Shown here piece by piece: positions 1-7,784 of a stretch of 19,800 nt of DNA; the stretch's first letter is position 1; each line of letters begins with the position of its first letter. The notes beneath the pieces are model-generated. The model worked only from the letters and a program-made list of their open reading frames with translations, made no database searches and had not been told where the DNA came from. Both the position numbers and the translations under genes were made by a program. Source of the DNA: Gemmatimonadota bacterium (GTDB taxonomy: Bacteria; Gemmatimonadota; Gemmatimonadetes; Longimicrobiales; Gaopeijiaceae); the NCBI GenBank assembly GCA_039589315.1, contig JBDHHQ010000078.1:1-19800 (forward strand). Reading direction: 5' to 3'.

Positions 1-210
1 GATGATCCTGCGTGGATCCATGAAGTAGCTGAGCCGGTTGGCGGTCTCGCCCTTGCCGCCCTTGTCGACTCCGCCGAAGACGATCAGGACCGAGACGTCC
101 TCGTCCCTGAGGTCCGTCTGCGCCTCCAGAAGGCGCTCGCGAAGCGCGGGAACCCGTTCCGCGTACTCCCCGTCGGTGACGGTCAGGCCCAACTCGGCGG
201 TTTCGAACAT
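1..210 (-). CDS. pap: Polyphosphate:AMP phosphotransferase (PPK2 family), N-terminal 70 codons; runs off the left edge
   Basis: Not in the ORF track. Manual translation from ATG at 210 gives MFETAELGLTVTDGEYAERVPALRERLLEAQTDLRDEDVSVLIVFGGVDKGGKGETANRLSYFMDPRRII. This matches the class II PPK2/PAP N-terminus (MFExAE..., Walker A GxDxxGKG, MDPR). Starts 4 nt after the stop of the DUF481 gene. Confidence 0.85.
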   Translation of the reverse strand, partial: MFETAELGLTVTDGEYAERVPALRERLLEAQTDLRDEDVSVLIVFGGVDKGGKGETANRLSYFMDPRRII

Positions 211-214
211 TCGG

Positions 215-1315
215 TCAGCGTCCCAGGGTGTATGCCAGCGACGTAGTCAACGTGGTGTCCGTGGACTCTGTACCGGGTGTCGGCGTGTTGTCGTATTGAA
301 GCAAGAGTCCCACCCGGAAGCCCAGGCCGGCGATGAGCGTGGCCGTCAGGTTGGTGTCGCTGAGCACCTGATAGTCCGCGAAGTCCTCCAGCGCCGGCGT
401 GAAGTCCATCGCCCAATCGAACGTGAAACCGCCGAACTTCTGGACCCACTGGGCGTTGGCGTTCCCTGTGGCGACGGTAGCACTCGGCGTGTCCGACGTG
501 AAGTCCTCGTGGCGCGCACCCAGACCCAGGGCGGCCCGGAGATCCGACTTGTCCGTGCTCACGAGCTGAAGGCCCGCACCGAGGTTGAGGTTGACCCTCA
601 GGTCGATGTCCGCGAAGCGGTCTCGGGTGTAACGGTTCTCACCGAAGAGGAACACCTTCGTCCACGGGAAGATCTCGGCCCTGAGGTTGCCGATGTACTT
701 CTGAGCGGTGAGGTCGGTGCCTTCACCCTCCGCGGCCCGGTTCCTCTCCTCGGTGAGGAAGAAGCCCAGCGCCAGCCTGTCCCGGCTCGTGGTGCGATCG
801 ATGTCGACGCGGGTGTTGAAGCTGCTGTTCTCGCTGTTGCCACCCTTGGTCGTGGCGCCGAGGCTGGCCGTCAGGGCCCAGAAGCGTGCGAAAGGCGTGA
901 AGTACCCGAGCTCCACCTCCTGGAGCGCCTCGAGATCGGCCGGATCCCCGGCTGCCTCGAAGTCGCCAGGGGCGACGGTCCTGGTGGAGCCATCGGCTAG
1001 AGTCAGGGACAATCCGCCTGCCACCGGCACAACGGTGGCGGCCACCACCGAGTTGTCCGAGAGCCGAAAGCCCACGGGCTCCGGCGCTGTGAAGGATGCG
1101 ATGTCCTCCGCGGCCACGCCCACCTCCTGGGCCCGGAACTGGAAGACCCACGTGCCGCCGTCGATTCTCTTCAACGTGCCGGTCACCTGATCGCCGTCCG
1201 CCAACACCAGCGTCTGCTGCGCGGCGGCCGGCGCGGCCGACGTGAGCACGGCCAGGGCCAGGATTCCGAGGACCCGTGCGACGCACGCTGCGACCCGAAC
1301 CCGTGATTTTACCAC
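215..1315 (-). CDS. DUF481/YdiY-like outer-membrane beta-barrel protein with small N-terminal beta domains
   Basis: GTG start with GAGGGAGG SD 4 nt upstream; signal peptide (ILALAVLTSAAPAAA-QQ); LxDGDxVTG N-domain; barrel motifs typical of DUF481 (GNSENSSF, RDRFADIDLR, LGAGLQL, YDNTPTPGTESTDTTLTTSLAYTL). Confidence 0.75.
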   Translation of the reverse strand: MVKSRVRVAACVARVLGILALAVLTSAAPAAAQQTLVLADGDQVTGTLKRIDGGTWVFQFRAQEVGVAAEDIASFTAPEPVGFRLSDNSVVAATVVPVAGGLSLTLADGSTRTVAPGDFEAAGDPADLEALQEVELGYFTPFARFWALTASLGATTKGGNSENSSFNTRVDIDRTTSRDRLALGFFLTEERNRAAEGEGTDLTAQKYIGNLRAEIFPWTKVFLFGENRYTRDRFADIDLRVNLNLGAGLQLVSTDKSDLRAALGLGARHEDFTSDTPSATVATGNANAQWVQKFGGFTFDWAMDFTPALEDFADYQVLSDTNLTATLIAGLGFRVGLLLQYDNTPTPGTESTDTTLTTSLAYTLGR

Positions 1316-1362
1316 ACGACCTCCCTCGACTCGAGTTTGCCCGACAACTGTCCGCCCCAGAT

Positions 1363-3447
1363 CTACTCGTCAGCCAGCGTCAGGTGCCGCCATGCGAAGG
1401 CCCACCGGTCTGCGGCCTCGTCGATGAGCTTGCCAGTCGGCTTGCCCGCACCGTGCCCCGCACGCACATCGACCCGGATCAGCACCGGCCTCGAGCAGCC
1501 CTGCGCCTCCTGTAGGCGCGCGGCGAACTTGAACGAGTGCCCCGGGACCACCCGGTCGTCGTGATCAGCGGTCGTCACCAGCGTGGCGGGATAGCAGACC
1601 TCCTCCCGCAGGTTGTGGAGAGGCGAATACGCCCGGAGGACCCCGAACTCCGCTGCGTCCTCCGACGAGCCGTAATCCGAAACCCAGGCCCATCCGATGG
1701 TGAAGTGGTGAAACCGCAGCATGTCCATGACGCCCACCGCCGGCAAGGCGACCTGAAACAGGTCAGGCCGCTGGATCATGCATGCGCCCACGAGCAGTCC
1801 TCCGTTCGATCCCCCCGAGATCGCGATCCGCCGCGGCTCGGTGTACCCCTCCTCGACCAGGAACTCGGCGGCCGCGATGAAGTCGTCGAAGACGCTCTGT
1901 TTGCGATCGAGGATGCCTGCCCGGTGCCAGTCCTCACCGAACTCTCCTCCGCCCCGCAGATTGGGTACGGCGAGGATGCCTCCCATGTCGAGCCACACGG
2001 CGTGCGGGACCGAGAAGAACGGTGTGAGCGAAATGTTGAATCCGCCGTATCCGTAGAGCATCACCGGGTTCGAGCCGTCCAGCTCCACGTCTCGCCGGCT
2101 CGTGACGAACATCGGCACGGGCGTGCCGTCCCGGGACGGGTAGACCACCTGGGTGGTGACGTAGGTCCCGGCGTCGAAGCGCAGCTCCGGCTCGGCGAAC
2201 GTCTCCGTCGTTCCGGCCTGGAGATCATGACGTAGGACGGTGCTGGGACGCAGAAAGGACGCAAAGGCGAGGAACAGCTCCTGGGACTCCTGCCTGCCAC
2301 TCAGCCCGGCCACGCTACAAGGTCCGGGAAGGTCCAGCTCCTCCAGCGCATGGCCATCCAGGGCGTGGATCCGCACCGACGCGCTCGCGTTCCGCAGATA
2401 GACCAGCACGAAGCCCCCGCCGAGGAGGCGGGCCGACTCGAGCACGTCCGCGTCCTCTGGGATGATCTCGGACTGGTGTTCGCCGACACCGTCCCGCACG
2501 TCGAGGCTCACGACCCGTTTGCGAGGTGCCGACCGATCGGTCACGAGGTAGAGGCGCGGCCCGACGTTGCCCACGACCACGTACGATGCGTCGCCCTCGT
2601 CCAGAAGAGGCCTGACTGGCCCGGTCACGTGGGGATCGTAGGGGTCGGTGAGATCCTGGAAGTAGACCCGGTTCTCCGGCGCCGTGCCGTGCCACACGTG
2701 CACGAACACGTAACGGCCGTCCTCGCTGACGTCGGCCCGAAAGCCCCATTCAGGTCGATCCGGCCGTTCGTACACCAGGACGTCCTGGTCCTGTGAGGTT
2801 CCCAGGCGGTGATAGCAGAGCTTCTGGTTCCGGTTCGCCTCCAGCAGGTGACCGCCGTCCGCGGTCTCTGGGTAGCGAGAGTAGTAGAAGCCGCTGCTGT
2901 CCCTGGTCCAACTCGGCGCCGAGAACTTGACCCGACGCACGACGTCCGGGAGATCGGCGCCCGTGTCCACGTCGCGGACGCGAATCTCCTGCCAGTCCGA
3001 CCCGCCGGCGGCCAGGGCGTACGCCAGCCGCCGCCCATCCGCCGATACGTCGAGGCTCGCGACGGCGAGCGTGCCGTCCGTGCACAGCCCATTGGGATCC
3101 AGCAGCTTCACGGGGTCACCGTCGAGCCCCTCCCGGTACCACAGGACGGGCTGATTCTGCAGGCCGTCGTTACGGAAGTAGAAGTAGCGACCGCCGCGCT
3201 GAATGGGCACGGGGTAGTCGACCGTCCCGTACCGCTCGTGGTCCCAGAGGAGGGCGATCCTTTCCCGGATGCTCCCGCGCTCCGGGATCCGTTCGAGCTG
3301 TCGGCGGCACAGGTCGTTCTGGGCCTCGACCCAGGCCCTGGTCTCCGGCGAATCCGGGTCCTCGAGCCAGCGGTAGGGATCGGGTACGTCGACACCATGA
3401 TAGCGGTCGACGACGTCACCTTTCCGGCTGGGCGGGTATTCGATCAT
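1363..3447 (-). CDS. Prolyl oligopeptidase (peptidase S9A), no signal peptide
   Basis: DPYRWLED N-terminal motif, beta-propeller region, YGYGGF, RGGGEFG, catalytic GGSNGG (Ser), ADHDDRV (Asp) and AGHGAG (His); 694 aa. Confidence 0.96.
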   Translation of the reverse strand: MIEYPPSRKGDVVDRYHGVDVPDPYRWLEDPDSPETRAWVEAQNDLCRRQLERIPERGSIRERIALLWDHERYGTVDYPVPIQRGGRYFYFRNDGLQNQPVLWYREGLDGDPVKLLDPNGLCTDGTLAVASLDVSADGRRLAYALAAGGSDWQEIRVRDVDTGADLPDVVRRVKFSAPSWTRDSSGFYYSRYPETADGGHLLEANRNQKLCYHRLGTSQDQDVLVYERPDRPEWGFRADVSEDGRYVFVHVWHGTAPENRVYFQDLTDPYDPHVTGPVRPLLDEGDASYVVVGNVGPRLYLVTDRSAPRKRVVSLDVRDGVGEHQSEIIPEDADVLESARLLGGGFVLVYLRNASASVRIHALDGHALEELDLPGPCSVAGLSGRQESQELFLAFASFLRPSTVLRHDLQAGTTETFAEPELRFDAGTYVTTQVVYPSRDGTPVPMFVTSRRDVELDGSNPVMLYGYGGFNISLTPFFSVPHAVWLDMGGILAVPNLRGGGEFGEDWHRAGILDRKQSVFDDFIAAAEFLVEEGYTEPRRIAISGGSNGGLLVGACMIQRPDLFQVALPAVGVMDMLRFHHFTIGWAWVSDYGSSEDAAEFGVLRAYSPLHNLREEVCYPATLVTTADHDDRVVPGHSFKFAARLQEAQGCSRPVLIRVDVRAGHGAGKPTGKLIDEAADRWAFAWRHLTLADE

Positions 3448-3510
3448 CCCGAATCCTACGGTGACCTTCGTCGATTGTTAACCCGTCGCCTCCGGCATAC
3501 CCTGAGATCC
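3448..3510. promoter_or_regulatory. Divergent, overlapping sigma70-type promoters, probably leaderless
   Basis: Plus strand: TTGTTA(3475-3480)-N17-TACCCT(3498-3503)-N7-ATG(3511). Minus strand: TTAACA(3481-3476)-N17-TAGGAT(3458-3453)-N5-ATG(3447). Confidence 0.6.
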
Positions 3511-4251
3511 ATGGAGCCCATCCTGGTCGGAAACGACGTCGTGGACCTCACCCACCCGCGATGCCACGGGAAAGCGCGGGACAGCCGTTTCGTGGGCCGG
3601 GTCTTCTCTCCGGTGGAGGCCGAGCTCATCCGTGGAGCGGACGCGCCGGACCGGACATTGTGGCTGCTCTGGGCGGCGAAGGAGGCTGGGTTCAAGGTCG
3701 TCTCCAAGGTCCTGGGCTCACCGCCCCCTTTCGCTCACGTGCTCTTCCAGGTCGAGGTGCCCAGCGCCGCCCGTCCTCGGGTCGTCGGACGCGTGTCCTA
3801 CGGCGACCTCCACGTGCCCCTCGTGGCCCAGATCCGGCCTGATTGGATCCACGCTCTGGCCTGGAGCGGTGGGATGGGCGGCACCTCGCCGTCTGGTCTC
3901 CCGCCCTCGGTGGTCATGGCGGTCGATACCGTCGAAGGGGTGCTCGAGGGCCCGATGTCCGACGACCTGGACGACTTGCTGCGGGTGCAATTCACCGACC
4001 GCGAACGCGCGTCGGTCCACGGCCTGCCATCGGCAGCGGTCCGCATCGGAGCACGGCGGCACGTGGCCCGAAGCCTCGCCGTCGACGTGGGGGTCGTTGA
4101 AATCGTGTGTGAGGGAGGCTCGACCGGCCGAACGCCGCCTCGGTTGGTGGTACAGGGGAGAGCCGACGACCTGGACGTGAGTCTGTCCCACGACGGGGCC
4201 CTGGTGGCGTGGGCCGCCGCCCTGTCTAGTGTAGGGCAGGCCGGAAGCTGA
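3511..4251 (+). CDS. 4'-phosphopantetheinyl transferase superfamily protein (246 aa)
   Basis: C-terminal part of ORF 2809..4251; real start ATG 3511 (MEPILVGNDVVDL). Motifs GxDVVD, FSPVE, WAAKEAGFK and C-terminal VSLSHDG. The upstream part of the ORF is antisense to the peptidase gene. Confidence 0.85.
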   Translation: MEPILVGNDVVDLTHPRCHGKARDSRFVGRVFSPVEAELIRGADAPDRTLWLLWAAKEAGFKVVSKVLGSPPPFAHVLFQVEVPSAARPRVVGRVSYGDLHVPLVAQIRPDWIHALAWSGGMGGTSPSGLPPSVVMAVDTVEGVLEGPMSDDLDDLLRVQFTDRERASVHGLPSAAVRIGARRHVARSLAVDVGVVEIVCEGGSTGRTPPRLVVQGRADDLDVSLSHDGALVAWAAALSSVGQAGS

Positions 4252-5344
4252 GGAAGAAGCTGAGACCGTACCGCTCGTAGAAAGCACCGCCGACGTCGGT
4301 CTCGGCGCGGGTCCAGCCGAACCGCACCTGGCCGTTCAGGGTGGGCGTCAGCGCTCGGTGCAGGCCGATGTAGGCCACCGACCCGTTGTCGGCCTCCTCC
4401 CCCGGAACCAGCCTGATGAACTCGAAGTCGTGCTTGTAGTTCTTCCCGGTGAGGGAGGTGTAGAGCGTGCCGTTCAGGTCGTACGGCAGGGGGACGACCA
4501 GGCTGCCCCGAAACCGAATGGCGTCGTACTCGGGCCGGGCGGAGTTGGAGCGATTGAAAATGCCGGATACGCCGAGTCGGACGACCACCGGCACATGAAG
4601 CGTCCAGGTCGCTCCCGCTTCGATCATCCGGTCGCGGCGGAACGGGTCGGCGGGCAGGTTCGTTCCCTGGCGCTGAAAGTCGGTGAAGCGGACGGCGCTG
4701 TAGAGCCGGACCTGCCACTCCTGCCCCCAGGTGCCGCCGACCTCGAGCCTGGTGGACCGGTTGTCCAGAAGGTCGAGCTGGGGGAACAAGGCGTGGGCCC
4801 CGTAGTCGGCCCACTCCGCCATCAACTCGCTGTCGAGCTGGATGCCGCGGAACTCGGCGAATTGCAGCCACAAGGCTCCGCTGGCCGCTCCGTACCCGGG
4901 CTGGATGAACAGGGGCATGGGCGGTCGATCGACGACGCTGCGGCCCTTGTAGCCGAAAGCGGCCGTGAGCGTTCCCAGCGAACCGATGCTCTGCCGATAG
5001 ACCCCGTCCAATCGGCCCACCAGCTCCCGAGGGGCATAGTCCGAGAGCTCGAAGCCCGACGCGGCGAACTGCCGGATGCCGCCGTCGAAGTCGATGCGAA
5101 AGCCCCGGACCGGGGTGTTGAGGAAGAGCAGCCGGCCCCGCGTCCCGAACTCCGCGACGGCAGCGGAGGCCCGGTCCGTCGAGTCCACGACCGGGAGGGT
5201 CACGGAAGACATGTTGCCCCGGTACCCCTCTACGGCAGCGCCGGCGGTGACCTCCAGGTCGCGCACGGTGACCTGGGCGCCACTAGGCCGCACCCCGACC
5301 GCGACCAGCGCGATCGTCAGCATGGCTACCGAGGTTGTCTTCAT
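4226..5344 (-). CDS. Putative outer-membrane beta-barrel protein of unknown function
   Basis: Signal peptide (MKTTSVAMLTIALVAVGVRPSGA-Q); repeated amphipathic strands rich in Gly and aromatics; last strand YGLSFFLSF. ATGA overlap with the upstream gene. Confidence 0.7.
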   Translation of the reverse strand: MKTTSVAMLTIALVAVGVRPSGAQVTVRDLEVTAGAAVEGYRGNMSSVTLPVVDSTDRASAAVAEFGTRGRLLFLNTPVRGFRIDFDGGIRQFAASGFELSDYAPRELVGRLDGVYRQSIGSLGTLTAAFGYKGRSVVDRPPMPLFIQPGYGAASGALWLQFAEFRGIQLDSELMAEWADYGAHALFPQLDLLDNRSTRLEVGGTWGQEWQVRLYSAVRFTDFQRQGTNLPADPFRRDRMIEAGATWTLHVPVVVRLGVSGIFNRSNSARPEYDAIRFRGSLVVPLPYDLNGTLYTSLTGKNYKHDFEFIRLVPGEEADNGSVAYIGLHRALTPTLNGQVRFGWTRAETDVGGAFYERYGLSFFLSFRPALH

Positions 5345-6300
5345 GACGTGGTCATCCTCAACAGGCGCTGCCGGAACCCCTCGGTCCGGCCCTCCAGATG
5401 CTGCTTGCGGGCAAACATCTGTTCCCGGAGTAGCTGCAACCCTTCAATCTGTTGCTGCAGCGACAGTTCGTCCAGGCTTACGACCGTGGAGTCACTCGGC
5501 AGCGCCGCCCCGCCCGACTCCGTGTCAGTCATGTCCGTCAGGGGATCCGGTGACGTCACAGGCACGAACGCGTCGTCGAAGCGCTCCACTCCGGTAATGA
5601 GACTCTGCAGGTCTCGCTCCTGGCGCTGCCGCTTCTCCAACGCACCGATACGCTCGTCGATTGCCGTGATCTGGACGTCGATCTGGCGGATGCGTAGCTG
5701 GAGCAGCCGGATCTTCCCCTCGATCTCATCGGGACCGTCCCGGGGATCGAAGGTGACCTCGGGTAGCGTGACCGGCTGAATCCTGCCGGGAGGCGCACCC
5801 TGGCGCTCGAGCTCCCGGTACCGATTGTCCCGGTCCTGGTACAGCGCCGCCAACTCCCTCGACTCTTCTTGGGTGTCGGCATCCAGCGCGTCCTGATACA
5901 GCTCATCGCGCGATTCCGCCAGGACGGCCATCAGGTCATCCCGTGTATCGGACATCCGTCCGGCGGTCTCCCGCTCTCGGGCTTCCTGGGTCTCCAGCTG
6001 AATCGCCTGAGTGTGGAATCGAGCCAGGGCCTGCTTGTACACGTCCTCGTCACCCCTCGCCTCGGCCGCGTTGACGTCGTCCAGCGCGCGCTGCCACCGC
6101 GCCTCGGCAGCCCGGAAGGCCCTCATTGCCGAATCCCACTCACTCCGCGCGGAGTTGTGCTCGAGCTCGGCGCTCCTGAGGCGGACCTCCACGTCGGCCT
6201 CCTGGGTCCAAAGCGCCTGCGGTGCCGCCGTCGCGAGGACGGTCAGACCCACCAGCAAACGAGTGGCCGAGAGGAAAGCCGTGAAGGCACCTGGCTTCAT
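5341..6300 (-). CDS. Exported alpha-helical/coiled-coil protein of unknown function
   Basis: Signal-like N-terminus (LLVGLTVLATAAPQALWTQ); E/R/Q/L/A-rich heptad segments (IRLLQLRIRQIDVQITAIDERIGALEKRQ). Starts 1 nt after the regulator's stop, and its TGA overlaps the next ATG. Confidence 0.75.
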   Translation of the reverse strand: MKPGAFTAFLSATRLLVGLTVLATAAPQALWTQEADVEVRLRSAELEHNSARSEWDSAMRAFRAAEARWQRALDDVNAAEARGDEDVYKQALARFHTQAIQLETQEARERETAGRMSDTRDDLMAVLAESRDELYQDALDADTQEESRELAALYQDRDNRYRELERQGAPPGRIQPVTLPEVTFDPRDGPDEIEGKIRLLQLRIRQIDVQITAIDERIGALEKRQRQERDLQSLITGVERFDDAFVPVTSPDPLTDMTDTESGGAALPSDSTVVSLDELSLQQQIEGLQLLREQMFARKQHLEGRTEGFRQRLLRMTTS

Positions 6301-6301
6301 G

Positions 6302-7705
6302 TCAGGCCTCGATTCCGTACTTCTCGAGCTTGTAGTACAGGGCCGACGGCTTCAGGCCCAGAAGCCGGGCCGCCTCTGCCTTTACACCCTCCGCCCGGTC
6401 CAGTGCCTGGCGCAGCAGCTTCTCTTCCATCCCCTCCACCGCTCGGTTCAGGTCGAGGCCCCCCGTGGGAAGGGCTGCTTCCGTGACGGCAGCCCCCGCG
6501 GCCAAGCTCCCCTCAACGGGCAGGAAGGGCAGATCGGCCAGATCCAGCGTCGCGCCCTCGGCCAGCACCAATGCCCGCTCGACCACGTTCTCGAGCTCGC
6601 GGACGTTGCCGGGCCAATGGTAGGCGGAAAGCCGCTCCCGGGCCTCCAGGGTGACCTCCCGCACGGGGGAGCAGGTGCGCTGGCGCAGCTTCGCGATGAA
6701 GTGCTCCACGAGGGGCCCGATGTCGCTCTGTCTCTCCCTCAGGGGGGGAAGCGTGATCGGGACTACGTGCAGGCGGTAGTAGAGATCCTCCCGAAAGCCC
6801 GTCTCGCCCAACAGTTGATCTGCAGGAGTGTTGGTCGCAGCGATGATGCGCACGTCGACCGGAATGGTCTCCTCGCCGCCCACACGCTCCAACTCCCTCT
6901 CCTGCAGCACTCGCAGGAGCCGCACCTGTGTCGTGGGAGAAATCGTAGAGATCTCGTCCAGGAACAGCGTGCCACTGTCGGCCAGCTCGAACCGACCCCG
7001 GCGTTGGCGTTCTGCGCCCGTGAACGCACCCTTCTCGTGTCCGAACAGCTCGCTGTCGAGGAGACTCTCGGACAGCGCGCCGCAGTTCACGCGGATGAAG
7101 GGTCCGTGGGCTCGGGCGGATCCGGCGTGAATGGCCCGGGCCACCAGCTCCTTACCCGTACCCGACTCGCCGTAGATCATGACCGTGGATTCGCTCCGGG
7201 CCACGCGGCCCACCCACTTGAACACCTCCTGCATGGGAGCGGACTCACCCACGATCTCGCCGTAGCGAGCCTCACCTTCTTCTTTCAGGTAGGTGTTCTC
7301 GACCCGAAGAGCCACGTTCTCCTTCCGGAGACGCGTCCGCTCCTCCCGGTCTGAAAGGAGGCGATCGACCTTGACGGCGAACTCCTCGGACGAGAAGGGC
7401 TTGGTGATGAAGTCGGCCGCGCCGAGCTTCATGGCCTCAACCGCCTTCTCGATGGTGCCGTACGCCGTGATGACCAGGACATCCACGTCCGGCGCGCGTG
7501 CCTGGACCCGCCGCAGGACGTCGATGCCGTCCACCTGGCTCATCTTCAAGTCCGTGATAACCAGGTCGGCACCACTCTCCTCCAACAGCTCCAGCCCCCT
7601 GGCGCCCCCGTCGGCCGAGAGTGTTTTGTGACCCCTCCTCCGGAGGAGGAGCTCGAGGCCCTCTCTCATGGTGTCGTGGTCGTCGATGATCAAAACCTGT
7701 GCCAT
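6302..7705 (-). CDS. Sigma54-dependent NtrC/AtoC-family response regulator (REC-AAA+-Fis HTH)
   Basis: REC (IIDD, LVITDLKM, FITKPF), Walker A GESGTGKE, GAFTGA loop, Walker B LFLDEI, FREDLYYRL, WPGNVRELEN, and HTH (KAEAARLLGLKPSALYYKLEKYG). Confidence 0.96.
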   Translation of the reverse strand: MAQVLIIDDHDTMREGLELLLRRRGHKTLSADGGARGLELLEESGADLVITDLKMSQVDGIDVLRRVQARAPDVDVLVITAYGTIEKAVEAMKLGAADFITKPFSSEEFAVKVDRLLSDREERTRLRKENVALRVENTYLKEEGEARYGEIVGESAPMQEVFKWVGRVARSESTVMIYGESGTGKELVARAIHAGSARAHGPFIRVNCGALSESLLDSELFGHEKGAFTGAERQRRGRFELADSGTLFLDEISTISPTTQVRLLRVLQERELERVGGEETIPVDVRIIAATNTPADQLLGETGFREDLYYRLHVVPITLPPLRERQSDIGPLVEHFIAKLRQRTCSPVREVTLEARERLSAYHWPGNVRELENVVERALVLAEGATLDLADLPFLPVEGSLAAGAAVTEAALPTGGLDLNRAVEGMEEKLLRQALDRAEGVKAEAARLLGLKPSALYYKLEKYGIEA

Positions 7706-7784
7706 GCGGACCTGCCAACCCTCCAGGAATGAGCCGGGACCCGGCCTACCGGTGGCGAGGCGCCGGACGGGGCGCTGCTCTCCC

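Noticed and set aside
38..1000. 320-aa plus-strand ORF (likewise 4358..5779, 6011..7354, 7699..8535)
   Set aside because: Shadows of well-supported minus-strand genes.
2809..3510. N-terminal extension of the PPTase ORF
   Set aside because: Antisense to the peptidase gene; the promoter and motif positions support ATG 3511.
1363..4251. Peptidase plus PPTase as a RiPP/NRPS biosynthetic cluster
   Set aside because: No precursor peptide, carrier protein, synthetase or tailoring gene in the window; the peptidase looks like an ordinary S9A enzyme.
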